Source: Octopus bimaculoides (Eukaryota). Taken from it: a DNA stretch of 64,000 bases. The DNA is taken from positions 52,202,959 to 52,266,958 of the forward strand of contig NC_068999.1 of the NCBI RefSeq assembly GCF_001194135.2, read 5' to 3'. Both the position numbers and the translations under genes were made by a program. Below are positions 1-11,500 of this stretch, one piece after another (within the stretch, counting starts at the first letter, position 1; each line of letters begins with the position of its first letter). The notes below the pieces were generated by a model that saw only the letters and a program-made list of their open reading frames with translations, made no database searches and was not told the DNA's origin.

Positions 1-998
1 TTTTTGTTTTTCTTTTCTTTTTTATGAACTAATTCTCTTTGATTGACCTTTACAATTCAAGTCACTGTCTACCAGTCTCTCACACGTTACATTCTCTCCT
101 GGAGTTTGCATCATTCATGCTCACTACTTGTCCATACCACTTTAGTCTCGTCCTGCTTAAATGAATGGTTTGTGCTGAAAGTGGAGAATAGGAAAGCTAT
201 CATTTCATAAACAGTTTCATTATTATGTAGGAGTTAAAGTGCATGCTGTTAAGTGCTTTTATGTGTGTGTGTGTGGAGAGAGAGAGTTTGGGTTGCATTT
301 TATTCTAATTGCATTAACAATACAGATAAAGTAGGGTACAGTTAATGTCAACAAGGGATTGGGATTGTCAACTTTTTTGTTTTTGTTTAGGGATATCAGG
401 TGATTGGGGATAACATCAGCAAATAACATTATGATATTTTCAATAATCAAGAAAAAAAAAAATTCTGCTAAGTTATGCATTTTTACGTAGGAAATATCGC
501 TTTCAATGCTTCTGGGAGCATTGTTTCTATTTAAATATTTATAGCCTTGTGCAAATTCGAGAAATTAATATATTAAAGATCAGGTTGACTGGCTCTTCAA
601 GCTTCACCTGGCCTTGCTCAACTCGTTATTATTAAAAGTGTTTTCAAATGATATTATTTTAATATGGAAATTAATATTAAAATTTTGATGTATTTGGAAT
701 TTAATCTTCTTTAATGCTGCATGGGGTGGAGTCTACCATTCACCTTTAACCATGGGCAACTTGTAGCAAAATGGATTTGACCTTACTTCTGCTCCATCAC
801 ACTACTAGAAGTCAGTGCCATAGTAATACTAAGGCCATACTACTACTACTACTACTACTGTTGCTTCTTTAATACAGTTAAACCAGGACTATGTATGTTC
901 TGTTCATTTCCTCGAAGTGAAGAGAAACTGTAGCCAAATATTCCATCTAGTGGTGGTAGGGTTTACTGCTTTGGAATTCTGCTGACTTGGCTGTAGAG

Positions 999-1210
999 CA
1001 GGGGTTCTCAACCATTTTTTTTTTTATCTATGGACCCCTTTGATTACTATTTTATTTTGGTGGACCCCCATAGCCATTTGATGTTTAAAAACTAGTTTTA
1101 TAGAGACTGCTTTCAAAATTCCTATTTTGTTTCTCACTTGTGTTGGTTTGAACTCTGTAAAATGTTAGAGAAAGGAATCCAGCTGTTTCTTGCAATACAT
1201 ATCAAACTAA
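999..1210. mobile_element. hAT-like non-autonomous DNA element end (caggggttctcaacc...); related ends near 15540-15592, 40262-40320, 55240-55265
   Basis: The CAGGGGTTCTCAA terminus is typical of hAT/Charlie-type MITEs, and the reverse form ggttgagaaccactg recurs. Confidence 0.5.
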
Positions 1211-1274
1211 AGTAAACTTTTTTTCAGGGACTTTTAAAATATTGTGGCTCCTCAATTTACTATTTTGTTTGCAT

Positions 1275-1823
1275 NNNNNNNNNNNNNNNNNNNNNNNNNN
1301 NNNNNNNNNNNNNNNNNNNNNNNNNNNNNNNNNNNNNNNNNNNNNNNNNNNNNNNNNNNNNNNNNNNNNNNNNNNNNNNNNNNNNNNNNNNNNNNNNNNN
1401 NNNNNNNNNNNNNNNNNNNNNNNNNNNNNNNNNNNNNNNNNNNNNNNNNNNNNNNNNNNNNNNNNNNNNNNNNNNNNNNNNNNNNNNNNNNNNNNNNNNN
1501 NNNNNNNNNNNNNNNNNNNNNNNNNNNNNNNNNNNNNNNNNNNNNNNNNNNNNNNNNNNNNNNNNNNNNNNNNNNNNNNNNNNNNNNNNNNNNNNNNNNN
1601 NNNNNNNNNNNNNNNNNNNNNNNNNNNNNNNNNNNNNNNNNNNNNNNNNNNNNNNNNNNNNNNNNNNNNNNNNNNNNNNNNNNNNNNNNNNNNNNNNNNN
1701 NNNNNNNNNNNNNNNNNNNNNNNNNNNNNNNNNNNNNNNNNNNNNNNNNNNNNNNNNNNNNNNNNNNNNNNNNNNNNNNNNNNNNNNNNNNNNNNNNNNN
1801 NNNNNNNNNNNNNNNNNNNNNNN
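1275..1823. other. Assembly gap (others: 2405-2414, 8147-8467, 26867-27181, 28434-28507, 56129-56428, 57479-57513, 61833-61842)
   Basis: Runs of N. Confidence 1.
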
Positions 1824-2100
1824 AAGGCGAGTGTTTTTTACTCTTCTCTATTGTTTTTTGTTCTGTGTGTATCAAAAATATCGCTATCAATCTGGAGTAA
1901 TAATTTGTAGTTTTGAAATCAGTAGTTCTTTGACTGCTATTTCTGAATTCTCAGTATGTTGGAGAAGCAGGTTACTGTCAATCCCTATATATTTATGATT
2001 ATAAATTTTACCGAAAAAGGTTTTTTTCATACTGAGCTACCCGGCAGAATCGTTAATTATTAATTTTATTACTAATTGATGATTCCCTGCCCTGCATATC

Positions 2101-2144
<44 letters not shown>

Positions 2145-2146
2145 GT

Positions 2147-2300
2147 GACTGCAAATGTACCGCCTGCACTGACTGTAATCCTTATACTTGCATCATCTGT
2201 AGGCTTCTTTGCAAATCATTGGCAGGACTCAAATGTCACCTTTAACTGTCAGAAAGTGTAGGCTGCTGGATCCTCATACGTCAAAACCAACAAGAGTCCA
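2147..2300 (+). pseudogene. 3' remnant of an RTE-type LINE (C-terminal Cys/His finger)
   Basis: Frame from 2147 reads DCKCTACTDCNPYTCIICRLLCKSLAGLKCHL*, similar to the YxCxxCxRxCxSxxGLxSHxR C-terminus of RTE ORF2. Confidence 0.5.
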
Positions 2301-2575
2301 TTATATCTTCGAAACGTCTAGTTAGAATAGAGGCAGCTGATGAATAATTCCAAGTGGCTTTCTGTTTTCCTATGTGTTTGTTCCATTGTCTGTAGTTCAT
2401 TGTTNNNNNNNNNNCTATGTGTTTGTTCCATTGTCTGTAGTTCATTGTTCTAACGTCCTGTACCCTGATATGCATCTATATACACATGTAGATGTAAGTA
2501 TATACATATATGTGTGTAAACATGCATATATATTTGTTGTATTATATATATATATATATATTGGTAAAAAATTAA

Positions 2576-2735
2576 GGAGTGGCTGTGTGGTAAGTAACTT
2601 GCTTACCAACCACATGGTTCCAGGTTCAGTCCCACTGCGTGGTACATTGGGCAAGTGTCTTCTACTATAGCCTCGGGCCGACCAAAGCCTGTGAGTTGAT
2701 TTGGTAGATGGAAACCGAAAGAAGCCCGTCGTATA
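2576..2735 (+). mobile_element. SINE family B (ggagtggctgtgtggtaag...gaaagaagccc); other copies near 3983-4140(-), 4499-4640, 9420-9570(-), 15375-15495(-), 15825-15980, 29075-29230(-), 48120-48260, 52617-52780
   Basis: Recurrent tRNA-like head (tggctgtgtggtaag / ggttcagtccc) and shared 3' body ending in (TA/TG)n. Confidence 0.8.
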
Positions 2736-2896
2736 TTTATATAGGTGTGTGTGTGTAACTTACCTGTTATTCCTTCACCTGTCTTTGTCTATTTTTGTCT
2801 GTAAATTTGAATTTTATATATATACACACACACACACACATATATATATGATTGTATCATATATTTTTTTTGTTTATTTTTCAGAGCTGCCTCACA

Positions 2897-3181
2897 ATGC
2901 TAAGAGATAAACGCTATGCGACTAGAAGTATCCAGTCTGAAATGCCTGGGACGTCATCGGATAATGTCAACTGCACCTCCCTGGATTCGGGCCAGGCAGA
3001 AGCAACCAGCCAACTACCTCCGTCACAGTTTTTAACACATAATATAATTGGGAATTCTCTTGGCAATGAGCAGTTTAAGGAGCTGTCAAATGCAAACAAG
3101 TCACCATCAGATGTATTATTCAACGACGAGAACAATGGACGACACAACATACAGATGAGGAAATTTGACTGCTATAATCAT
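2897..3181 (+). CDS. MGA: MGA-like coding exon 1 (exon begins at acceptor 2885; first ATG 2897; MLRDKRYATRS...FDCYNH)
   Basis: tttatttttcag acceptor ends at 2884, cat|gtaagt phase-0 donor at 3182, open frame matches ORF 2852..3331. An upstream exon must exist (outside the window or in gap 1275-1823), so the true start could lie further 5'. Confidence 0.75.
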
Positions 3182-6100
3182 GTAAGTTCATTGTTATTGT
3201 TTTTAAAGGTATTGGAAAGGCTGAAATGGCAATGGTATCAAATTATGGCTTTCATCTTTTATTTGTTTCATTCATTCGACTGTGACTATGCTGAGGTGTT
3301 CGAACAAATTGGCCTCAGTGCTTATTTTTAAGTTTTGTACTTATTGTATCAGTTTCTTTTACCAAACTTTTAAGTTACAGAGACATATACAAAAAAACCA
3401 ACATCAGTTGTCAAGTGGTAGAGGCAAACACAAATGCAAAGAATACACATTTATACACAATGGGCTTCCTTACAGTTTCTTATTTCTTTACTGCCCACAA
3501 GGGGCTACACACAGAGGGGACAAACAAGGACAGACAAATGGATTAAGTCGATTACATCGACCCCAGTGCGTAATTGGTACTTATTTAATCTACCCCGAAA
3601 GGATGAAAGGCAAAGTCGACCTCGGTGGAATTTGAACTCAGAATGTAACGGCAGACGAAATACTGCTAAGCATTTCAACCGGCGTGCTAACGTTTCTGCC
3701 AGCTCACCGCCTTACAGTTTCTGTATACCAAATTCTGTCACTGGGCATTAGTCAGTCTGGAGCTATAGAAGTCTAAGGTGCCAAGCAGTGAGACTGAATC
3801 CAAAACTATGTGGATAGAAAGCAAGCTTCTTAACCACAACTGCCATGCTGGGGCACCACTGTGAGGAATTTTAGTCTGGTACTTATTCTATCAGTCCCTC
3901 TTGCTGAACTACTAAGGTACAGGGACGTAAACTAACCAACATTAGTTGCGAAGCAGTGGTGGGGGACACACCCATATACACACACACACATACGATGGGC
4001 TTCTTTCTGTTTCCACCTATCGAATCCACTCACAAGGCTTAGGTCAACCTGAGGCTATAGTAGAAAACACTTGCCCAAGGTGCCATGCAGTGGGACTGAG
4101 CCCAGAACAACGTGGTTGGAAAACAAGCTTCTTACCATACAGCAAGGTAAGGTAAGGGTTGACAACAGGAAGGGCATTCATCAACAGAAAAATTCCCCCC
4201 CCCCCAAATTCTGTCTGACCCATACCAGCATGGAAAAGTAGTGTTGAAATGATAATGATTTCTGTTTGTGACTAATGCTCATAAGAAAGAAATGAATTTT
4301 ATAATTAGCATTTCTGCTCTGTCATTGTCCTTTTTACATCCACTTTCTCTCTGTGTCTTAGGTTGGGAAAGTATTTTTGAGATCGTGTTCTGCAGTTGGA
4401 TGCTATTCCTATTGACAGTCCTTATTTGTTTTACAAGTAAGGTGTTTTTTTATTCCCTGGTCGCCACATCAATGTCCCTTAAATTGTGTCATACAAAAGG
4501 CATGGCTGTGTGGTAAGAAGTTGACTTCCCAAGCACATGGTTCTGGGTTCAGTCTTACTGTGTGGAACCTTGGGCTATTGTTTTCGAAAACTTTGTGAGT
4601 GGATTTGAGAGACAGAAACTGAAAGAAGCCCATTGTATATATATATGTGTGTCTTTGTATCTGTGTTTGTCCCCACCACTGCTTGACAGCTGGTCTTGGT
4701 TTGTTTATGTCCCCATGACTTAGCAGTTTGGTAAAAAAAGACTAATAGAGCAAGTATCAGGCTTAAAAAAATTTCCTGGGGTTAATTCATTTGATTAAAA
4801 AGTCAGGGCAATTCTCCTGCATAGCTCCAGTCTAGTGAATGATACAAATGAAAGATAATTGTTGCAAACTCTCTCTCTCTCTACTTTTGCCTACCAATTT
4901 CACTGACCAGACTTTGGTCAGTCCAAGGACACTTGGCCTAAGTGACAACAGTACCCATGCGGTGGATTCAATGTTTACAACACAGCCATGTTTGTGTCTT
5001 CTTTATACCAAGGTTAATAAACATACATATGATGGATGTTCAGTGGTTATAAAAGGAAAATTTATCAATTCAACTCCCTCCCACATCCTTTTCCTTTGTT
5101 AGTGTTTCTGCATTCATTACCACATTTTCCCCACTTTCTACAGTTTAGTTCAACTGTGCAGATTTATGTGGCTATATATAGCCATGTATGTAACTGACAC
5201 TTCAAAGTATTTAAGCTATGGTCCTAATATTCCTGTCTATTAGCAACAGAAAACCAGTCCAGGATATAGTTTTTCTCAAAATTTGATATGTGCAATAATG
5301 GGAAGGATGATGATCTGTCCTTCAGCAAAGAGTTAGCATGTCCAGCTGCATAGAACAGTGTCAGTCAATGAGAAAACCGCTATGTGGTTGTTCGACTTGC
5401 TAGAAATAGTAACCATATTTCCCTTAAAGCTTTTGTTACCATATTTCTATTGAAATACACTACTTTTGTTTCAATTAATTTTGAATAATTTAGTTGAGCA
5501 ATTTTATCATTATCAAGCTGGTATTTGGATCATAAATTGACATGATATTTTGTGAAAGGTTTTAATTTGGATCAGTTTAAACAAGAAGTGTGTATCTTAG
5601 GATCAGGGCAGTTTCAGGCTACTATCTTGAAAAGAGGTCACATTACATAATGAAACAAGAATGAGATTATATCTATTCAATGACAAACAGCCAGGATTGA
5701 ACATTGGAGGGCGGGTAGTATTTTAATCATGAGACAAGAAACCCAAATCCTTAATCTTTTTGATGCCAAACTTCTTGAGATTGTTCTTGTTCATTTTTTA
5801 AAGTGAACAAAATATAATATTTATGTTCCAAACACCTGCTTAATAATGATAGTCATTTTACTATGTTTTTCACTGTATTTAAAATCAATGGAAGCTGTGA
5901 ATTCCATCTGAAATATGGTAGCAAATGGAATAAACAGTTGGTTGTAAATGTACCCTTAACGTAGTTCTCGGGGATATTCAGCGTGACACAGTGTGACAAG
6001 GCTGACCCTTTGAATTACAGGCACAACAGAAACAGGAAGTAAGAGTGAGAGAAAGTTGTGGTGAAAGAGTACAGCAGGGTTCGCCACCATCCCCTGCCGG

Positions 6101-8107
6101 AGCCTTGTGGGAATCGAAACCGCGAGTCCGCTGCCCTAACCACTGGGCCATTGTGCCTCCTGAGCGACTACACAGAGGTACTTTTGACACTTGTGACAAA
6201 AGGTTCATGCATTGGTTTTTAACATTTTCATGTTTTAAGTAGGTGTTTCTCAAATTATATCTTATTACCTACATTCCTCATTAATTGTCCAAACAATTTG
6301 TAGCCTTCAAGAAGCATACTGCTTATAGTTGTCAGAGCATGGTAGTAGGAACATAGTCGAACTGTTGCAATTGCTTAATATTTAGAGGGAGGGATATGTC
6401 AAGGCAAGGAAGCAATGAGATTTGTTTGTCCCAACTGATATACTGAAAATTTGTCAAAAACATTTCTCTGGAATGACATTTCAGTGAATTTACAAATAAC
6501 CAAAAATCATGATAAAAATAGTCCTTGGAAGTTTTTTGTCTTTTCCTTTAATATGTATTTAGTTTTGCTTCGTACTTTTTCCTTTCCTCTGCCTCATGTC
6601 TTTTTTTTTTTCTCAAGAAACATTGTTTAAGACCTTTATTTATCCCTACCCACCACTACCACACAATGCAAATTCTTTTGTATTTCAGATAAGGGGTAAA
6701 CGGAGCATTAGTAAAATTCACAAAACTTTTGACAATCTTACTATTTTGACCTAGAAAATTCTGGGCTCTGAATACTAGCATACATATCCAGTTATATTTA
6801 CATGTGTGTATACATTCCCATTTAAACCCACACACATACATGTGTTTAACCTATGTAATAGTGCTATAATTTGACCTTTGAAGATCAGAGGTATCTATTA
6901 AGTGACAAGCTGTATTGATTTCCAGGAATCCGAGCACTAGAAGTTGTGGCAGTTATGCTTTTCTTACAGCCAATTGTAGGGAGAAAATGAAAAAATAAAC
7001 ACAGCTAGAAATTGGGTCAACTAAGTCATTTTATTGGAAAATAATTGGAAACTTGACAACATTGCTGGTATCTCCAAAAACATGATGGCATCTTTTGTGT
7101 GTCCATTGTTTGCACTGAGTGCAAAACGAGTTCCTACCTACTCCTTTCTTAAGCCATTTCTCAGATGACACTTGGACTGACTGCTATAAGTCTTTGGACT
7201 CTCTGATACCCCAGTACTGGGTATTATGTTCCCTCTACACCCTGCTCTCCTGCACACAGGTGGTAGCAATCACTCTAATTTGTGTGTTATCCCTTTATTG
7301 TTGGTGATGTTTGTTTACACACACACACACATTATTATTATTATTCCAAAGGTGGTAAGCTGGCAGAATCATTAGCACACCGGGCAAAATGCTTAGTGGC
7401 ATTTTGTCTGTCTTCATGTTCTGAGTTCAAATTCTGCTGAGGTCAGCTTTGCATTTCATCCTTTTGGGGTCTATAAAAAGAAGTGCTAGTTGAGTACTGG
7501 GGTCAGTGTAATCAATTTATCCCTCACCTCCCCCCAGATTTGCTGGCCTTGTGCCTTTGAGTAGAATGGATCTTTTTTTATTATTTCTCTACTTTCTATT
7601 ATATATCCTCTGTTGTCTTTTAATGTGGTAGGATCTCCCCTTGATCGATGTTAACACCACATGTTTTTGTAATTTTTGTTTTGTTCTGTTATTTTTTGTG
7701 TGCTATAACTCGTCCTTTGATACTGTCCCCCATGTCTTTAACCCTTGTGGCCAATAAAAGAAATCATTATTATTATTGCTAGGAAAAGGTCAATTGACTT
7801 ATTAGGTTTTGAATTAGTTGCCTTCATGAGACAATCAGGTAAATGCAACTTATCTGCAACTTTGTCCTTAACCCTTTAGTATTCAGACTACTGTCAAATG
7901 TAATGCATATTTATTCATATTGTTTCAAACTAATCCTGCATCATCTTGTAACTTTGAGATTTCAATTATATGATTGCTTAGGGTAGGTTTGAGAGGCCAG
8001 ATATAGCCAGTTTGAACATAAAACAAGTAGAATATTAGGGCCAGATATGGCCAGTTTAAATTCTAAAGGGTTAAATATAGTGAGTGATTCTTCAGCTAAT
8101 GCTTTCA

Positions 8108-8146
<39 letters not shown>

Positions 8147-8467
8147 NNNNNNNNNNNNNNNNNNNNNNNNNNNNNNNNNNNNNNNNNNNNNNNNNNNNNN
8201 NNNNNNNNNNNNNNNNNNNNNNNNNNNNNNNNNNNNNNNNNNNNNNNNNNNNNNNNNNNNNNNNNNNNNNNNNNNNNNNNNNNNNNNNNNNNNNNNNNNN
8301 NNNNNNNNNNNNNNNNNNNNNNNNNNNNNNNNNNNNNNNNNNNNNNNNNNNNNNNNNNNNNNNNNNNNNNNNNNNNNNNNNNNNNNNNNNNNNNNNNNNN
8401 NNNNNNNNNNNNNNNNNNNNNNNNNNNNNNNNNNNNNNNNNNNNNNNNNNNNNNNNNNNNNNNNNNN

Positions 8468-8501
<34 letters not shown>

Positions 8502-11500
8502 TGGCCATTCATTGTGTTGGTGTGTGTATTCATTCGTACCAGTAATTATTGGTTGTAGTAAATACTATAGTATTTTGTATATGTGCATTTACACATGTAT
8601 GCATACATACCCCTCATACTCCTTTGTATTGGCCAGTGACCGGTTGTTTTCACATGTACTGATTATTGACCTGTGCTACTAGTTGTGTAGATTTAGTGAC
8701 TGTTGCTACTTCTGTAATAGTCATTTAACCCTAAGTCACTTGCATTGCTAGTAATGTGTGTACTAGTACTTCACTATTGTCTTGTATTGGTACCAGTCAT
8801 TTACTGCTTTACATTAGTATTAACCCCTATTTGTATTAGTGATAGTAACAGTTTCTGTTGACTGTTAAATTATAGTAGTAATAGTGAAGGTGCATGACTC
8901 AATGGTTAGAGTGTCAGGCTCACAATCATGAGGTAGTGAGTTTGATTCTTGGACCGGGCTGTGTGTTGTGTTCTTGAGCAAGACACTGTATTTCACGTTG
9001 CTCCAGTTCATTCAGATGTAGGAATGAGCTACAGCATCACTGGTGCCAAGCTGTATTGGACCCTTTACCTTTCCCTTGGACAACATCGGTGGCATAGAGA
9101 GGGGAGGCTATGATGCATCGACAACTGCTGGTTTTCCATAAACAACCACCTTGCCTGGACCTGTGCCTCAGAGGGTAATTTTGTAGGTGCAATTCCATTG
9201 TCGTTCAAGACTGATGGGGGTGGGTTGTAGCTAAACCCTATCCTTAGACCATGGGGTGGTTGTAGGTGGGGAGGCATGCCTTCTCAACTCTAGCGAAAAT
9301 ATCCCTTATAAGAAGTTGGGTACTTTAAATAAACTGACTGCAAACAAACATCTCTGCTTGTCTGACCAAAGTTTAACTGTTAATGTATGACGTCAAAACT
9401 AGATGCACACACAAACTTCTTTTCAGTATCCATCTACCAAATTCCACTCACAAAAGGTGGTTGCTCCAGGGTTACAGATCAGAGAAGACACTTGCCCAAA
9501 CTGCTGCACATTGGGATTGAACCCAATACCACATGGCTGCAAAGCAAACCTCTTAAATCACACTGAATCATGCTGCCCCAAATTAAGTATCTGCCCAACC
9601 TATGGAAAATGGACGTAAATGAAAATACACATTGTGTGTGTGTGTGTGTGTGTGTCTGTATGTGCATGATTATTTAGTTACATAGGCTAGTGGTACTAAT
9701 TATAAAGATTTTTAACTTTGTCCCAAGACCTTACGAAATTGGCTCCAAGTTGTAAATGAAAAACAAGATGAACTCCAGAATGATGTGAACTCAGAATGTG
9801 GAGATGTAGCTGAATAATGCAAACTATTTCGTACACCAGCATTTTTGTCATCCAACTGCCCTAGCAGTACTAATAATAATGACCCTCCCTATTTATAAGC
9901 ACATGGCCTGAAATTTTGGCAGAGGGGCCGACACGATTACATTGACCCTCAGTGCTTAACTGGTACTTATTTCATCGACCCTGAAAGGGTGAAAAGCAAA
10001 GTTAGCCTCAGCTGAATTTGAACTCAGAATGTAAAGATGAAGAAGTGTCGTTAAGCATTTTGTCCGACATGCTTACGATTCTGTCAGCTCACTGCTTTAC
10101 TACTACAACTACTACTACTACTGATGATGACGATGATGACAATCCTCTCCACTATAGGCACAAGGCCTGAAATTTTGCGGGAGGGGACTAGTTGATTACA
10201 CCGACCCAAGTGTTTCACTGGTATCTTGATTTATCAACCCTGAAAGGATGAAAGGCAAAGTTGACTTCAGCAGAATTTGAACTTAGGACAAGGACAGACA
10301 AAATGCTGCTAAGCATCTTTGCCTGGTTTGCTGATTATTCTACCAGCTCGTCACCTTCAACTAATAATGATAGTAATCTGTACATGTTCTGACTATTGAC
10401 AGTTATGTATGAAAGTTTAAACAATTTATTCTATTTCCATTTAATTTGTTAACATGGAATTTTTTTTTTTTTTTTTGACTTTACAGACCTTAGAGAATGG
10501 TGAAATGGTATTGTTGCCTCAGACAAATCTACACCAAAGCTACCAGCAGCAACAGCAACCTCAAGATAACACTGTCTTACTCTCAGGAACACCTAATAAT
10601 CAAGAACTGATTAAGGATTATTTTCATGATAGCCTGCCCAGCAGTTGCTGCTGCTCACATGTCTATTCTCAGAAAACTTCCTCATTTGGTAACGCTACTC
10701 AAAGACGTCCAGAATTCTGTGAGGCTATAATGAAGTCAAGTTGTAGTGGTACTATTTCTACTAGTATTACTAGTAGTAGTAGTATTAGTAGTAGTAGCAG
10801 TGGTGGCAATATTAGTAATTCAATGTCTAATCATGTACTTCAAATGGATTCTAATTCAAAGAGTACCAACGAATTTCTCAGTCTAGCACCAAACAGTATA
10901 AGTTCTCTGGAGACTTGTGGAGGCATGTACTGTGATTGCCCAATGAGTGCTTGCCAAGATATCTATTGTGATGGTTCGATATGCAGTTGTCAGAACATGA
11001 ATTGTGATAGTGCCATGAGTGCATGCCAGGATGTTCATTTTAGTAGTTCAATGAATATTTGTTGTCGTGACATGTCTTGTAGCAGCTTTGCACCTCCAAA
11101 CTTAAAGTGTCAAGGACAAATGATGCTTCCTAAACCAAATGCTTATGAAAGAAATTCCTACAAGAGCAATCAACCATTATCTAATGTTAATTCTAGCAAG
11201 GCCCAGGCCAATAGATTCTGGGATAAAAGAACATCTTTACAAACTCAAAAAGTCCCAAATACTTTTATATATGATTTATCATACAACAATGTAAATGAAC
11301 AAATGGATAAGTGTATGGCTGTTAAAAGTGAAGACAATGAAAAGCTAATTTACTCTGACAAAAACCAAATTTGGCAATATACAACATGCCACCAGACTTT
11401 CCCATCAATTAAACATCAAAACAAAAATCCAAACTGTTGCTCTTTTCAAAATTCCCCAAACTCCATGCTTAAAGTAGAAAAATCAAAAATGTGGAATTGT

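Noticed and set aside
1242-1910. Long ORFs made of X residues (also near 8047-8682, 26750-27252, 56064-56488)
   Set aside because: They are artefacts of N gaps and (TA)n tracts that contain no stop codons.
2370-2449. 35-bp direct repeat either side of a 10-N gap
   Set aside because: Identical sequence flanking a nominal gap is the typical unmerged contig-overlap artefact.
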